Assembly: GCA_963849325.1 (NCBI GenBank)
Contig: CAWKHF010000007.1
Span: 192,001-256,000 of the forward strand
DNA: 64,000 bases
Direction: 5' to 3'
DNA from: an uncultured Planctomycetota bacterium
Lineage (GTDB): Bacteria > Planctomycetota > Planctomycetia > Gemmatales > Gemmataceae
The number at the start of each line of letters is the position of its first letter. Position 1 is the stretch's first letter. Below are positions 23,317-34,175 of this stretch, piece by piece. Made by a program: the position numbers and the translations under genes. The notes below the pieces were generated by a model, which ran no database searches, was not told the DNA's origin, and was given only the letters and a program-made list of their open reading frames with translations.

Positions 23317-23449
23317 CTAACAGCTTTGTAAGACGAATCGCTATAGCTTTTTTCGGGGCGAGACTTAGATTAGAATCAATGATATGCGAAGGCGTAGCGC
23401 GTTGGCGTCCTAACAGGTTTGTAAGTCGAATTGCCGTGGCTTTTTTGGG
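23317..23449. promoter_or_regulatory. Two ~37-bp imperfect direct repeats, each containing TAACA-N4-TGTAA
   Basis: 23317-23353 versus 23410-23446, 31/37 identical; lies in the divergent promoter between the two-component system and RND operon. Confidence 0.6.
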
Positions 23450-23587
23450 ATGAAGACGTAAAATTGATAACGTAAAAGGCACTTTGTTGGGAGAAGATTA
23501 TCACTTGTCCTTGGTTCGCGTGAATTGCCACAACGTACCGGCGGGTTATATGCTAGGGACCGTGCCGTCCAGGGGATGCTGAGAATT

Positions 23588-23914
23588 ATGAAATCTCCGT
23601 TTTCGCAATGTCTGATTTCCGCTCTGGTCACGGTGGCGGTCGTGGCATCTCCGATTCTGTACGCCACGGTGCCTGGCGCACACCAACCCCACCACGCCGC
23701 TACTCACCTGCCGCGGAATCAACATCGAATTCCCCGCGTCGTCAAGATGCGCGTCGCCTTGGCGACTTCCGCCCGATCCTCCTCCCGGAGTGGTCCGGGG
23801 CCGAGGCCGTACGCCGCCAAACGACTTTCTTCCCTCTCCTCTCGCTCTTTCCCTCCTGGCCTCTCCCGGGGCAGCGTCGGCTTGCCTCGCGTGTTTCGTC
23901 CCTTACGCTGCTAA
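23588..23914 (+). CDS. Small basic hypothetical protein with N-terminal TM/signal, ending RPLRC
   Basis: ORF between the promoter and RND gene; HQPHHAATH. Confidence 0.4.
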   Translation: MKSPFSQCLISALVTVAVVASPILYATVPGAHQPHHAATHLPRNQHRIPRVVKMRVALATSARSSSRSGPGPRPYAAKRLSSLSSRSFPPGLSRGSVGLPRVFRPLRC

Positions 23915-24165
23915 CGCATGACTTGGCCTTCACCCCCGCGCGCCGAGGCCGCACCAGCGGTCAGGCGCACCATCCCGTCACAATCGCCGAGATGAGCCGT
24001 CCTGACTGTACTGATAGGCGCAACGTCTGTTGCTCGATCGAGTCGCACGGCTCAACTCCGGCATGGATCGGGAGCAGATTCCATACTTTCCGTCCGAACC
24101 AAAATACGGCCGCGTCGGAGCCTTGCGTGAGAGCGGGAGCAAGCCGGCCCAAGGAGCATTAGGTA

Positions 24166-27100
24166 ATGGCATCGGAATCAACCCATCAATCCAGGATCCG
24201 GGGCGAACCCGACCGTCTTCGCCATGCGGCACCCGATCACGACCTTGATGTTGGTCGTGGCCCTGATCAGCGGCGGCATCCTCGCCTACAGTCGAGATGC
24301 GGGTGGACATCTTCCCGCCCCTCAACACCCCGAAGATCTACGTTTTCCTCGATTACGTCGGCATGAGTCCCGACCAGGTCGAAGGCTTCATCGTCAACCA
24401 GCTCGAACTGTATTTCCAGTACGTCGATGGCATCCAGGACATCAATACACGCAACATCCAGCAGGTCGCCTTGTGCGAGTTGTCGTTCTTCCCCGGCACC
24501 GACATGGGGCAGGCCATGGCTCAGGTGGTGGCCATGTCCGACCGAGCCATGTCGTGGATGCCCAAGGGCACGCTGCCGCCCATGATTATGCGCATGGACG
24601 CCGGCAGCGTCCCCGTCGGCTACCTCGTCTTCGAGAGCGAGACCGTCTCGCTGGGCGACATGGGCGACCTGGCGCAGAACGTCGTCCGGCCGCTGGTGCA
24701 GAAATACGTCCCCGGCACCGTCGCCATCTCGCCGTTCGGACCCGAACATGCGTTCGATCGTCATCAACGTCGATCCGCACAAGCTCCGCAAATACAACCT
24801 GACGCCCCAGCAGGTCAGCGACGCCCTGGCCAAGGGCAACAACATCATTCCGGCGGGGAACATCTACCTCAAAGACTCGATGCCGGTGGTCGCCAACAAC
24901 GCCACGGTCGTGGACAAAAATCGCCTGGGCGACATCCCGCTCAAGCTGGGCGAGAACGTCTACATCCGCGACATGGCCACCATCGAGGACAACACCGACA
25001 TCACCTACGGCTATGCGCTGGTCAACGGCAAGAAATCGGTGCTATCTGCCGATCATCAAGAAGGACACCGGATCGACGCTGACCGTCGTGGCCGATACGT
25101 CCGCAAGTCGATGCAGATGTTCCGCGATGCCGTCAACAGCACCATCAAGGAACGCCGCGAGCTGCGTCGCAGCCAGTCGAAGAAGTCGTCCGGCGGCGCC
25201 GTCGCCAAGGACCAGGAAGACGAGAAGGAACCCGTGAAGGTCACCTTCGAGTTCGACGAGTCGCCGACGGTGGTGGCGGCGGTGGAGAGCGTGGCCACCG
25301 AAGGCGCCATCGGCGCGGGCTTGACCGGCCTGATGATCCTGCTGTTCCTCCGCGACCCGCGCAGCGTGATCGTGGTGGTGTCCAACATCCCGCTGGCCCT
25401 GCTGGGTTCGTTGTTCGGACTGTGGTTGACGGGCAACACCATCAACATCATGTCGCTGGGCGGCCTGGCTCTGGCCATCGGCATTCTCGTCGATGAGGCG
25501 ACCGTGACCATCGAGAACGTCCACGTGCAGATGGGCCACACGTCGAACCTGGCCACGGCCGTGCTGCGCGCCAGCAACGCCACGGCCGTGCCGCGTCTGT
25601 TGGCCTTGCTGTGCATCCTGTCGGTGTTCATCCCGGCGTTCATCATGGGCGACCCGCTGCGGGCGCTGTTCATGCCGCTGACGTTGGGCGTCGGCTTCGC
25701 CATGATCTCCTCGTACCTGCTCTCCAGCACGTTCGTGCCGATCCTGTGCGTGTACCTGCTCAAGCCCATGCACGGACATGCGGAGGAGAAGGGAGGACTG
25801 TTCGACCGCATGCTCAAGGTTTACGGCAAGGCCGTGAGCTGGTTCGTCCGCCTGCGTTGGGTGGTCGTTCCGGCCTACCTGGCGGGATGTCTGCTGATCC
25901 TGGGCGCGATGGGCTTGCAGGTCGGCACCGAGTTGTTCCCGCAGATCGATTCGGGACAATTCGTGCTGCGTTTCCGTCCGCCGCCCGGCTCCAACTACGA
26001 GCTAACGCGGCAGATGGGCGTCAAGTGCCTGGAGGAGATCGAGAAGGAGGCGGGGGCCGACAACATCGAGATCACCATGGGCTACGCCGGCCAGGTGGCG
26101 CCGAACTTCGGCATCGACAACATGGTGCTGTTCATGCGCGGGCCGGACGACGGCCAACTGCGCGTCGCCTTCCGCGAAAGCACCAAGATCCAGCTCGATG
26201 AGTTCCGCGAGCGGACTGCGCAAGGTTCTGCCCGAGCGAGTGGTGCCGTGGCTGGCCCAGCGGCTGGAGAAGGGCGGATTGTCCACGGTGGAAGCGCAGG
26301 TGGAAGCCAAGAAGGCCACCTTCGGCTTCGGGCCGGGCGACATCGTCACCAACGTCATGAGCTTCGGCTCCTCGACGCCGATCGGCGTTCGCATCGTCGG
26401 CACCGATCTGAAAATGGTCCGCCAGCACGGCGGAAAAGATCGCCGCCGAGATGAAACGCATCCCCTACCTGCGCGACGTCGATTTCGAGCAGCAGCTCGA
26501 CTATCCCACCGTCGAGGTCGATATCGACCGCGAGAAGGCGGGCTTGAGCGGCGCCACCGTCGAGGACGTGCGCAGGGCCATCGTCATGGGAGCCTGCTCG
26601 ACCCGTTTCGCCAACCTCAATTACTGGGTCGATGTGAAGACCGGCTTCGATTACCTGGTGCAGGTGCAGATGCCGCCGCTGGAATCGGGTGCCGCCCTGC
26701 AAAAACCGGAAGACATCGAGATTTTGCCGCTGGAGTCGGTCAATCCGCTGGTCAATCTGATGGTCCGCGACGTGGCGACGGTTCGCACAGGGCGTGCGTC
26801 CCGGCGAGCTGGACCGCGACATGTCGCAGCGCTACCTGACCCTGACCGCCAACGTCGAGGGCGAGGACATGGGCCGGGCCTCGCGCCAGGTCGCGACAGG
26901 CGATCACCGCCGCCGGCGAACCGCCCCGCGGCGTGCGCGTGGAGGAGATGGGCCAACTGCCGCCCATGATGGCCATGTTCCAGGCGCTGGGCATCGGCCT
27001 GGCGGTCGCCGTGTTCGTCATCCTCGTGCTCTTGACCGCCTATTTCCAGTCGCCGCGTCTGGCGATGATCTCGATCGGCGCCGTGCCGGGCGTCGCTGGC

Positions 27101-27766
27101 CGGCATCGCCGTCATCCTCTACTTCACCCACACCTCGCTGAACATCGAATCGTTCATGGGCTCGATCATGTGCCTGGGCGTCTCGGTGTCCAACTCGGTC
27201 ATGCTGGTGACGTTCATGAACGAGCACTGGAAGGGCGGCGCGCTCCTCGACCGAGGCGGCCATCGTCGGCGCGGGCGAACGTCTGCGTCCGATTTTGATG
27301 ACGGCCTGCGCCATGACGGTCGGCATGGTGCCGATGGCGTTGGCGTTGGAGAAGGGCAGCCAGATGCAGGCGCCGCTGGGTCTGGCGGTGATCGGCGGCC
27401 TGGTGATGTCCACCTTCGCCACCTTGCTGGTGCTGCCGTCGATCTTCGCCGTCGTGATCGGCCGGAGCGTGGCTCCGCTCGCCGTCGATCTACCCCGACG
27501 ATCCCGACAGCGCCCACTACGACCCGCACGCCTACGAGCACGTGGACGAAAAGGTCACGCCCCATGAGGTCGAGCAGGTGCCGTCGCACGCGCAACCCGG
27601 CGAACACGGCCGCCTCTTCGAGCAAGGAGAAGTCGTTCACGTCGAACAGGTGACGTCGCGCACGCAAACCGATAAGCCCGGCCACGCCTCCGGCGGCCAG
27701 GAGTCAAGGGACGCCACGAACGCGCCCCGGAGTTACCCCCCTTTCCAGGAGATCTGTAATGCGTAG
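24166..27766 (+). CDS. RND efflux permease, many frameshifts, His-rich C-terminal tail
   Basis: [53 protein letters not shown]; start 24166 or 24224. Confidence 0.88.
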
Positions 27767-29247
27767 AGCTTTTTGTTCCCGGGTTTGGAATCGTTGCGGC
27801 CGGCGTCGGCTGGCTGGCGTTGGGTCTGCTGGCCGCCCTGGCGCTGCCGGGTTGCGGCCATAAAGCCGAGGACAATGCCTCCAAGCGTCGCGGAGCCGCC
27901 CACCGTCCGCGTCATCAAGCCGGAGTACCGCAAGATCGTCCGCGTCGTCGGCCAGCCCAGCTTCGTCGAGGCCTACGAACGCACGTCGATCTATCCCAAG
28001 GTGACCGGCTATATCGAGAAGTGGAACGTGGACATCGGCGACAAGGTGAAGAAAGGCGACGTGCTCGCCACCTTGTTCGTGCCCGAGCTGGTCGAGGACT
28101 GCGAGACCAAGCACCGTACCGTCAAGCTCGACGAGGAACGGGTCGAGTTGGCCCTGCAAGTCGTCGAGGTGGCCAAGGCCGACGTCCAGGCGGCGGAGGC
28201 ACGCCTGGAGGAAGCCAAGGCGATCGTCGAGAAGTACAAGTCCGACGACGATCGCTGGGAGTCGGAGGTCAAACGGCTGCGGCGCGAGGTGGATCGGGGC
28301 GTGGTCGATCCGCAAGTCCTCCTCGAATCGGAAAATCAGCTCCGCATGTCCGTCGCCTCCTGGAAAGCGGCCAAGGCCACCGTCTGGAAGGCGGAGGCGC
28401 AACTGCTCTCCGAAAAGGCCACGCTCGCCAAGGCCAAGGTCGATGTCGAGGTGGCCCGCCGCGACGTGGCCGTGGCCGAGAGCGATGCCAAGCGGATGGA
28501 TGCCTGGGTGGGCTACCTCAAGCTCATCGCACCCTACGACGGCGTCATCACGGCCCGCAATGCCAACACCTGGGACTTCGTCCTGCCCTCCACCGGCGAT
28601 CCCACGGCCGATCACCGGGCGCCCCACCTGTCTCCGGGCGGCAAGGCCGCGCCGATCTACGTGGTCGATCGCACCGACATCGTGCGCATCTTCGTCGATG
28701 TTCCCGAGGGAGACGCCAACTATGTCCAGATCGGCACGAAAGCGACCGTCCAGGTCAAGGGCTTCCGCGACCAGTGGATTCGCGGCACCGTGACGCGGAC
28801 CTCCTGGGCCCTCAACGTCAAGAGTCGTACCTTGCGCGCCGAGATCGACCTGAAAAACCCCGACAGTCAGATCCTGCCGGGGATGTACGCCTACGGCAAG
28901 GTCATCATCGAGCGACCCAACGTGCGGGCGTTGCCGGAGTCGGCCCTGGTCCGTAGCGGCGACCAGACCTTCTACTGGAGGTACGAGGACGGCCATGCGG
29001 TGCGAACCGAAGTGCAGACGGGCGTCAGCGATGGCGATTGGGTCGAAGTCACCAATCGTCAACAAGACGGCGAAAGTCGCCCGGCGACGATTCCTGGACG
29101 CCGATCGACGGCTCGGAGCAGGTGATCGTCGGCGACCTGTCGGTCCTCACCGAGGGCGGCGCCGTGCGACTCGCCGGCTCTCCGACCGCGAGCGAGGGGA
29201 AACTCGCTCGCACAACCGCGGACCATGCCGCGGGGAAGATTGACTAG
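27759..29247 (+). CDS. RND periplasmic adaptor (MFP); frameshifts near 27780-27880 and 29070
   Basis: LPGC lipobox, VDIGDKVKKGDVLA, IAPYDGVIT, LPGMYA. Confidence 0.88.
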
Positions 29248-29272
29248 TGCCCGAACAAGCGATCTTCTATCC

Positions 29273-29321
29273 GAGCCTGAAGCGTAAGCGAAGGGTTTTT
29301 CTTCGCTGACGCTTCAGGCTC
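29273..29321. repeat. REP-like palindrome, family A
   Basis: GAGCCTGAAGCGTAAGCGAAG...CTTCGCTGACGCTTCAGGCTC; related copies at 50376, 50761-50801 and 62106. Confidence 0.85.
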
Positions 29322-29350
29322 CGTAAGACGATCCCTGGCAAGGCCCTCCC

Positions 29351-30354
29351 ATGAATCCTTTCACGAACATCCTGGTTGGCGTCGATCTCGCCCGCTTCAA
29401 CCCCGTCGAGGTTTCCGGGCCGAACCCGGTTGCCCTGGAGCCGATTCACTGGGGCATCCAGCTGGCCAAGGCCAATTCGGCTCGCCTCTTGTTCTTTTCC
29501 GCCAGCGACATCGGCGAGGAGGCCTTGCTGCCGCTTGCCGAAGCGGACCGCGTCCAGGTGCGCGAGGCCATCCTCCAGGGTGGCGGCAAGGTACTCCAGG
29601 GTCTGGTGCAACAGGCCCAAACGCAAGGGGTCGAGGCCCAAAGCCAACTGGTGCCGGGCACGGGCTGGCTGGAGATCATCCGCCAGGTACTCCGCGGCAA
29701 GCACGACCTGGTCGTGGTCGGCACGCGCGACCTGACGAACCTTCACCACCGACTTTTCGGCAACACGGGCATGAAGCTCGTGCGCCGCTGTCCCTGCCCC
29801 GTTCTGGTCACCAAGCCCCTGACGTTCGCCAGTGGCGTCCTGGGGGCCGACGTGCGCCGCAGCCCCGGCACCAACGTCTCTCCCCTCAACATTCTCGTGG
29901 CCACCAGTTTGCAGCCTCCCTCGGAAGAGGCGCTGCGGCTGGGCATCGCCCTGGCCAAGCAGATGAACGCCTTCCTCCACGTCCTGCACGTCGTGGAGTA
30001 TCAGCTCGATGAGGTCTGCAATATCGGTTTGCCGGACGCCAAGCAGGACGAATACCGCCGCAAGGTTCGGACCCATGCCCGGGAGGCCTTGCATGCCCAG
30101 CTGGAAAAAACCGAATACCGGACGCTCGGCACGCGATCGAGGTCCACCTGGCCGGCGACGTGGGGCTTCCGGACGTCGCCATCCAGCACTTCATTCAAGC
30201 CCACGCCATTCACCTGCTGGTCATGGGCACCATCGCGCGGGGTGGCATTCGGGGCATCATGATCGGCAACACGGCGGAGCGATTGCTTCCCGAAGTCCAT
30301 TGTTCCGTCCTCGCCGTCAAACCGCCCGATTTTGTTTGTCCCGTCGAGGGATAA
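29351..30354 (+). CDS. Tandem-domain universal stress protein (UspE-like); frameshift near 30135
   Basis: NILVGVD, DLVVVGT, CPCPVLV, LLVMGT...GNTAERLL...CSVLAVKP. Confidence 0.88.
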
Positions 30355-30399
30355 GAATCGGACGGTATCGTCTGGCAATAACCATGAAGGAGGGCAACG

Positions 30400-31557
30400 A
30401 TGCTTACGAAGGTCCCGGACGTTCCGAACGTGATGGAACAAGCCTGCGCGCACGTCGAAGCCCGCGAAGGGCCGTCCAGCGCGGCGAACGGGCTGTGGAA
30501 CGAGGCACGGAAGTATCCGCGTGGTCTGGCGGCGGCGTTGGTATTGCTGTCTCTGCTGTTGGCGGCCGCCGTCGTGGGCGGCTGCCTGACAGTCTGGGCG
30601 ATACGGACGGAGGCGGGGGCGCGGACGGCCGGGCAACAAGCCGCGGAGGAACGCGACCGTGCGCGGAAAGAAGCAGAGGAAGCCAAGGGCCAGCGCAACC
30701 AGGCGGAGGCGGCGCGGCGAGTCCTGTCCGAGGAACGCGATCGGGCTGTGGCGGCAGCCCAGTCGGCGAAGCGTTCAGAGGAAGACACGAAGGCGGTGCT
30801 GGCTTTCTTCCGCAATAAGCTGTTGTCGGCCGGTCATCCGCGGGGCTGGGTGGGCGGCAACTGGGCCGGAGCCTCCAGCAAGGATGTGACCTTACGCCAG
30901 GCGGTGGACGCGGCCGAGGCGAAGGTCGCCGAGTCGTTCGCGGATCAGCCGTTGGCGGAAGCGTCGGTTCGAGAGACGCTCGGCTCGACCTACCTAGATT
31001 TGGGAGAAGCGGGGCGGGCGGTCCAACAGTACGAGCGGGCGTTGACGTTGCGGGAAGCGATGCTCGACTCCGACGATCTCCTCACCGTCGCCTGTCGCAA
31101 TCAGTTGGCCGTGGCGTACCGGCAAGCCAATCGTCCCGTCGAGGCCAGCCGCCTCTACGATCCGAGTCCCGATACGCCCTCCCACGCCGCGGCGCTGGCC
31201 CTGCACGGATCGACACTGCTCTCCCAAAAGAAACCCGTCGAGGCCGAGTTGAAGCTGCGCGAGTGCCTGGCCATCCGACAGAAGATACAGCCGAACGACT
31301 GGACCACGTTGGACGCCAAGTCGATGCTCGGCGAAGCGCTCATGGACCAGAAGAAATTCGCCGACGCCGAGCCGCTATTGCTGTCGGGCTACGAGGGTCT
31401 GAAACAACGCGAGGCCAAGCTCCCGCCCGAGGCCAAGGTCTCCCTCACCAAGGCGCTCGAACGCCTGGTGCGGTTCCACGAAGCCCGGGGCCACAAGGAC
31501 GAGGCGGCCCGGTGGCGGAAGGAGCTGGAAACTTCGGGGTCCACCAAGAAATCCTGA
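30400..31557 (+). CDS. Membrane-anchored TPR protein (resembles the post-kinase half of Ser/Thr kinase-TPR proteins)
   Basis: TM, coiled coil, FADQPLAEASVRETLG, AEPLLLSGYEGLKQR. Confidence 0.7.
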   Translation: MLTKVPDVPNVMEQACAHVEAREGPSSAANGLWNEARKYPRGLAAALVLLSLLLAAAVVGGCLTVWAIRTEAGARTAGQQAAEERDRARKEAEEAKGQRNQAEAARRVLSEERDRAVAAAQSAKRSEEDTKAVLAFFRNKLLSAGHPRGWVGGNWAGASSKDVTLRQAVDAAEAKVAESFADQPLAEASVRETLGSTYLDLGEAGRAVQQYERALTLREAMLDSDDLLTVACRNQLAVAYRQANRPVEASRLYDPSPDTPSHAAALALHGSTLLSQKKPVEAELKLRECLAIRQKIQPNDWTTLDAKSMLGEALMDQKKFADAEPLLLSGYEGLKQREAKLPPEAKVSLTKALERLVRFHEARGHKDEAARWRKELETSGSTKKS

Positions 31558-31590
31558 TGCTCCCTTATGGAGTCGCGCATCGTGACAGAT

Positions 31591-31655
31591 ACCAAGGCGC
31601 GACCGTTCGGGAGCGGGAAACACCCCGCTCCCGAACGGTCGCGCCTCGGTTTTTT
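31591..31655. terminator. REP-like GC hairpin followed by a T-run
   Basis: AGGCGCGACCGTTCGGGAGCGGG / CCCGCTCCCGAACGGTCGCGCCT then TTTTTT. Confidence 0.7.
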
Positions 31656-31674
31656 CCGTTAGAGGCACTAACCG

Positions 31675-31737
31675 AATGTGGCGGCACGTTTGTAACGTGC
31701 CGTACAATCCAACACGTTGAAAACGTGTTGCCACATT
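31675..31737. repeat. Imperfect palindromic repeat
   Basis: AATGTGGCGGCACGTTTGTAACGTG...CACGTTGAAAACGTGTTGCCACATT. Confidence 0.7.
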
Positions 31738-31757
31738 TTGTTAGAGCCTCTTAGGAA

Positions 31758-32877
31758 TTAATGGGCCGTGGCTGGACCGTCCTCCCGCAGCAGTACTCCC
31801 TGCGGGAGGGGTTTGCCCTCCAGCCACGGTTGCAGCACCTCTCGGCCCAACCGCCGCGAAAACGGAGCGGCGGCCCAGCGGACCATGTGGCAGTAGTCGG
31901 CGAAATCCTCGTCCGTCAACCAGTCGCGCATGTCGATAACGGGGAGTTGGTATTCTCGGGCCACCTGGCCGAGATGACGGCGGACCAGCTCTCGCGACGG
32001 CGGCGAATACCAGCCACGGCAGGCGCTGTGCTCCGGCATGAGCAACAGGGCCGTCGGAATGCCGTACTTCTTGCAGTCGTCGAGCAAGTCGTGCAAGGCT
32101 TGCTCACTGCCGGGGTGAATGCGCAGAGAATTGAGCAGCGGTTTGGCGGTGTCCTGACCGTGCTCGACCTCGCGGCGTTTCTCCTCGGGCGTGGCCGGAT
32201 GTTTCAGGACGGGTATCCAGCCACTGCCGTCGAGGGACAGCCAGTTATTCAGGTCGGTGGTCAGCTTGCGGGCCTGCTGGCGCGGTAACAGAAATCGGGC
32301 CGCCGCGTGGACCAGGCGCGAGCGGTAGGCCAGCCCGGGTGTCAGACCGACCCGCGCGCGCGGACGAGGAACGGACGATACCCCGGCAGACAGCGGTGCA
32401 GGACCGGCAGGTCCGTCCAGCGCAGATCATCTTGCAGCAAGATTTGCTTCTCGTCGAAGCTGCCGTCCTCCGGCCACATCGGCGGCCAGGTCTCCACCAG
32501 CAGCCGATCCGGTCGAACGCCGGCCGCCAGCAGGCGACGGAAGGTCATCAGCACGCGCACATTACCGGACCCCGAAAGGGCGAAATTATAGACGAGGGGC
32601 GCCGGCTCACCGGGCTGCGGGTGGATGCCCAGGGCTGCCGGCGCGATACCGTTCATGCGCGCGAGCTGCCCAGGATGAGCACCAGAGGCCGGCCGGGTTG
32701 CTCGGCCAGACGTTCCTGGAGTTGGCGGAAGCGACTGCCGTAGACCGGATCGGGCAACTCCGGATGGCGCCGGCGCAGGTACATCCCCAGCACCAGTTGG
32801 CCGCCGAGGAAGAGGAGCAGACACCACAGCACCGCCCTCTTGCCGGTGGGGGCGGCGAACAGGCAATAGCTCGGCAT
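31758..32877 (-). CDS. SGNH/DltD-AlgJ-like membrane-anchored protein, paralog 2; frameshifts near 32660 and 32340
   Basis: LILGSSR, VYNFALSG, DFADYCHM. Confidence 0.7.
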
Positions 32878-32909
32878 GGAAAAGCCGCCTCCTGATAGGG
32901 CGACGCGCC

Positions 32910-34016
32910 TCACGGTGCCGTGTCGCGGAAGAGGACGTTGCGGGTCGGCGCTTGGCTTTGCAACAGCGGTTGGATGATCTCGCGGCCGAAACGCTGCGAG
33001 AACGGGGCGGCGGCCTGCGGCATCATGTGACAGAAGTCCGCGAAATCCTTATCGGCCACCCATTCACGGGTATCGAAGATCGGAATATGGTACGCCCGGT
33101 CGAGTCCGGCGAGATAATCGCGGATCAGGGCGCGGGCCTGCGGCGTGTACCAACCGCGCGTCAGGCTGTGCTCCGGCATCAGGACCAGGCCGACCCGGAT
33201 GCCGCGCGCTCGGCATTCGTCGAGCAGTCCGCGCAGGGCGTCGTCGCTGCGCGGGTCGATGTGCAAGGGGTCCAGCAACGGTTTCAACTGCTCGTTCCCC
33301 TGTTCCAGGGCGATGCGCTTTTCCTCCGGCGTCTTGCGCTCCCACGGGAAGGGGAACCAGCCGCTGCGGTCGGCGGGATCCCAATCCTTCATGCCGAGGG
33401 CCAGTCTGCGCACCTGCGGGCGCGGCAGCAGGGACCGAACCGTGGAATGCAGCAGGCGGGTCCGGTAGGCGAGGAGGGGAACCAGGCACTTGCGCATCCC
33501 CCAGAGGTAAACTTCCGGTTCGCGGAGGAAATAGCGGTATACCAACGGCGCATCGCGCCAGTGCAACTCGTCTTCATGCCGCACCATCCGGGCCTCCTTG
33601 AAGTAGCCGGCCTCGGCCCACAGGGGCGGCCAGACCTCCAGGAGTAGCCAATCGGGATGAACGCCGTCGGCCAGCAGACGGCGGAAGTACATGCGTTCGC
33701 GGATGGTCCCCATGCCGTTGAGGCCGAAGTTGTAAATCACTGGCGGCGGGCCATCGTTGGACGTCACCTGCATAGCGGCCGGCCGGAGTCCGTACTTGAC
33801 GCGCGAACTGCCCAGGACGAGGACCAGCGGAGCGTTCGGCGAGTCGGATACCAGCGACTGCAGAGAGCGCAGGCGGACGCCGTAGAGCGGATCGCGCACC
33901 GCCACGTGCCGGCAGTCCAGGTACGCCCACAACGCCAACTGGACGGCGGCGAAACACAGCAGGGTCCAGAAGACGGCCCGTTTGCCCTTGGCGGCGTGTG
34001 TTAGGAAGTACGACAT
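32910..34016 (-). CDS. SGNH/DltD-AlgJ-like membrane-anchored protein, paralog 1
   Basis: LVLGSSR, IYNFGLNG, DFADFCHM (Ser...DxxH). Confidence 0.75.
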   Translation of the reverse strand: MSYFLTHAAKGKRAVFWTLLCFAAVQLALWAYLDCRHVAVRDPLYGVRLRSLQSLVSDSPNAPLVLVLGSSRVKYGLRPAAMQVTSNDGPPPVIYNFGLNGMGTIRERMYFRRLLADGVHPDWLLLEVWPPLWAEAGYFKEARMVRHEDELHWRDAPLVYRYFLREPEVYLWGMRKCLVPLLAYRTRLLHSTVRSLLPRPQVRRLALGMKDWDPADRSGWFPFPWERKTPEEKRIALEQGNEQLKPLLDPLHIDPRSDDALRGLLDECRARGIRVGLVLMPEHSLTRGWYTPQARALIRDYLAGLDRAYHIPIFDTREWVADKDFADFCHMMPQAAAPFSQRFGREIIQPLLQSQAPTRNVLFRDTAP

Positions 34017-34046
34017 GACCGATCTCGTTCTATGTTTAACCAAAAG

Positions 34047-34158
34047 CCTCACGCAAAGGCGCAAAGAACGCAAAGAAAGACAGGATAAAAAAGGGAAAGT
34101 TGGCGTTGGTTGTTCTTTTTTTCTTTTTCCTTTGCGTTCTTTGCGCCTTTGCGTGAGG
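34047..34158. repeat. Inverted repeat built of 9-mer units (CGCAAAG)
   Basis: CCTCACGCAAAGGCGCAAAGAACGCAAAG...CTTTGCGTTCTTTGCGCCTTTGCGTGAGG. Confidence 0.85.
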
Positions 34159-34175
34159 TTCTTTTTCTTCTGCGT

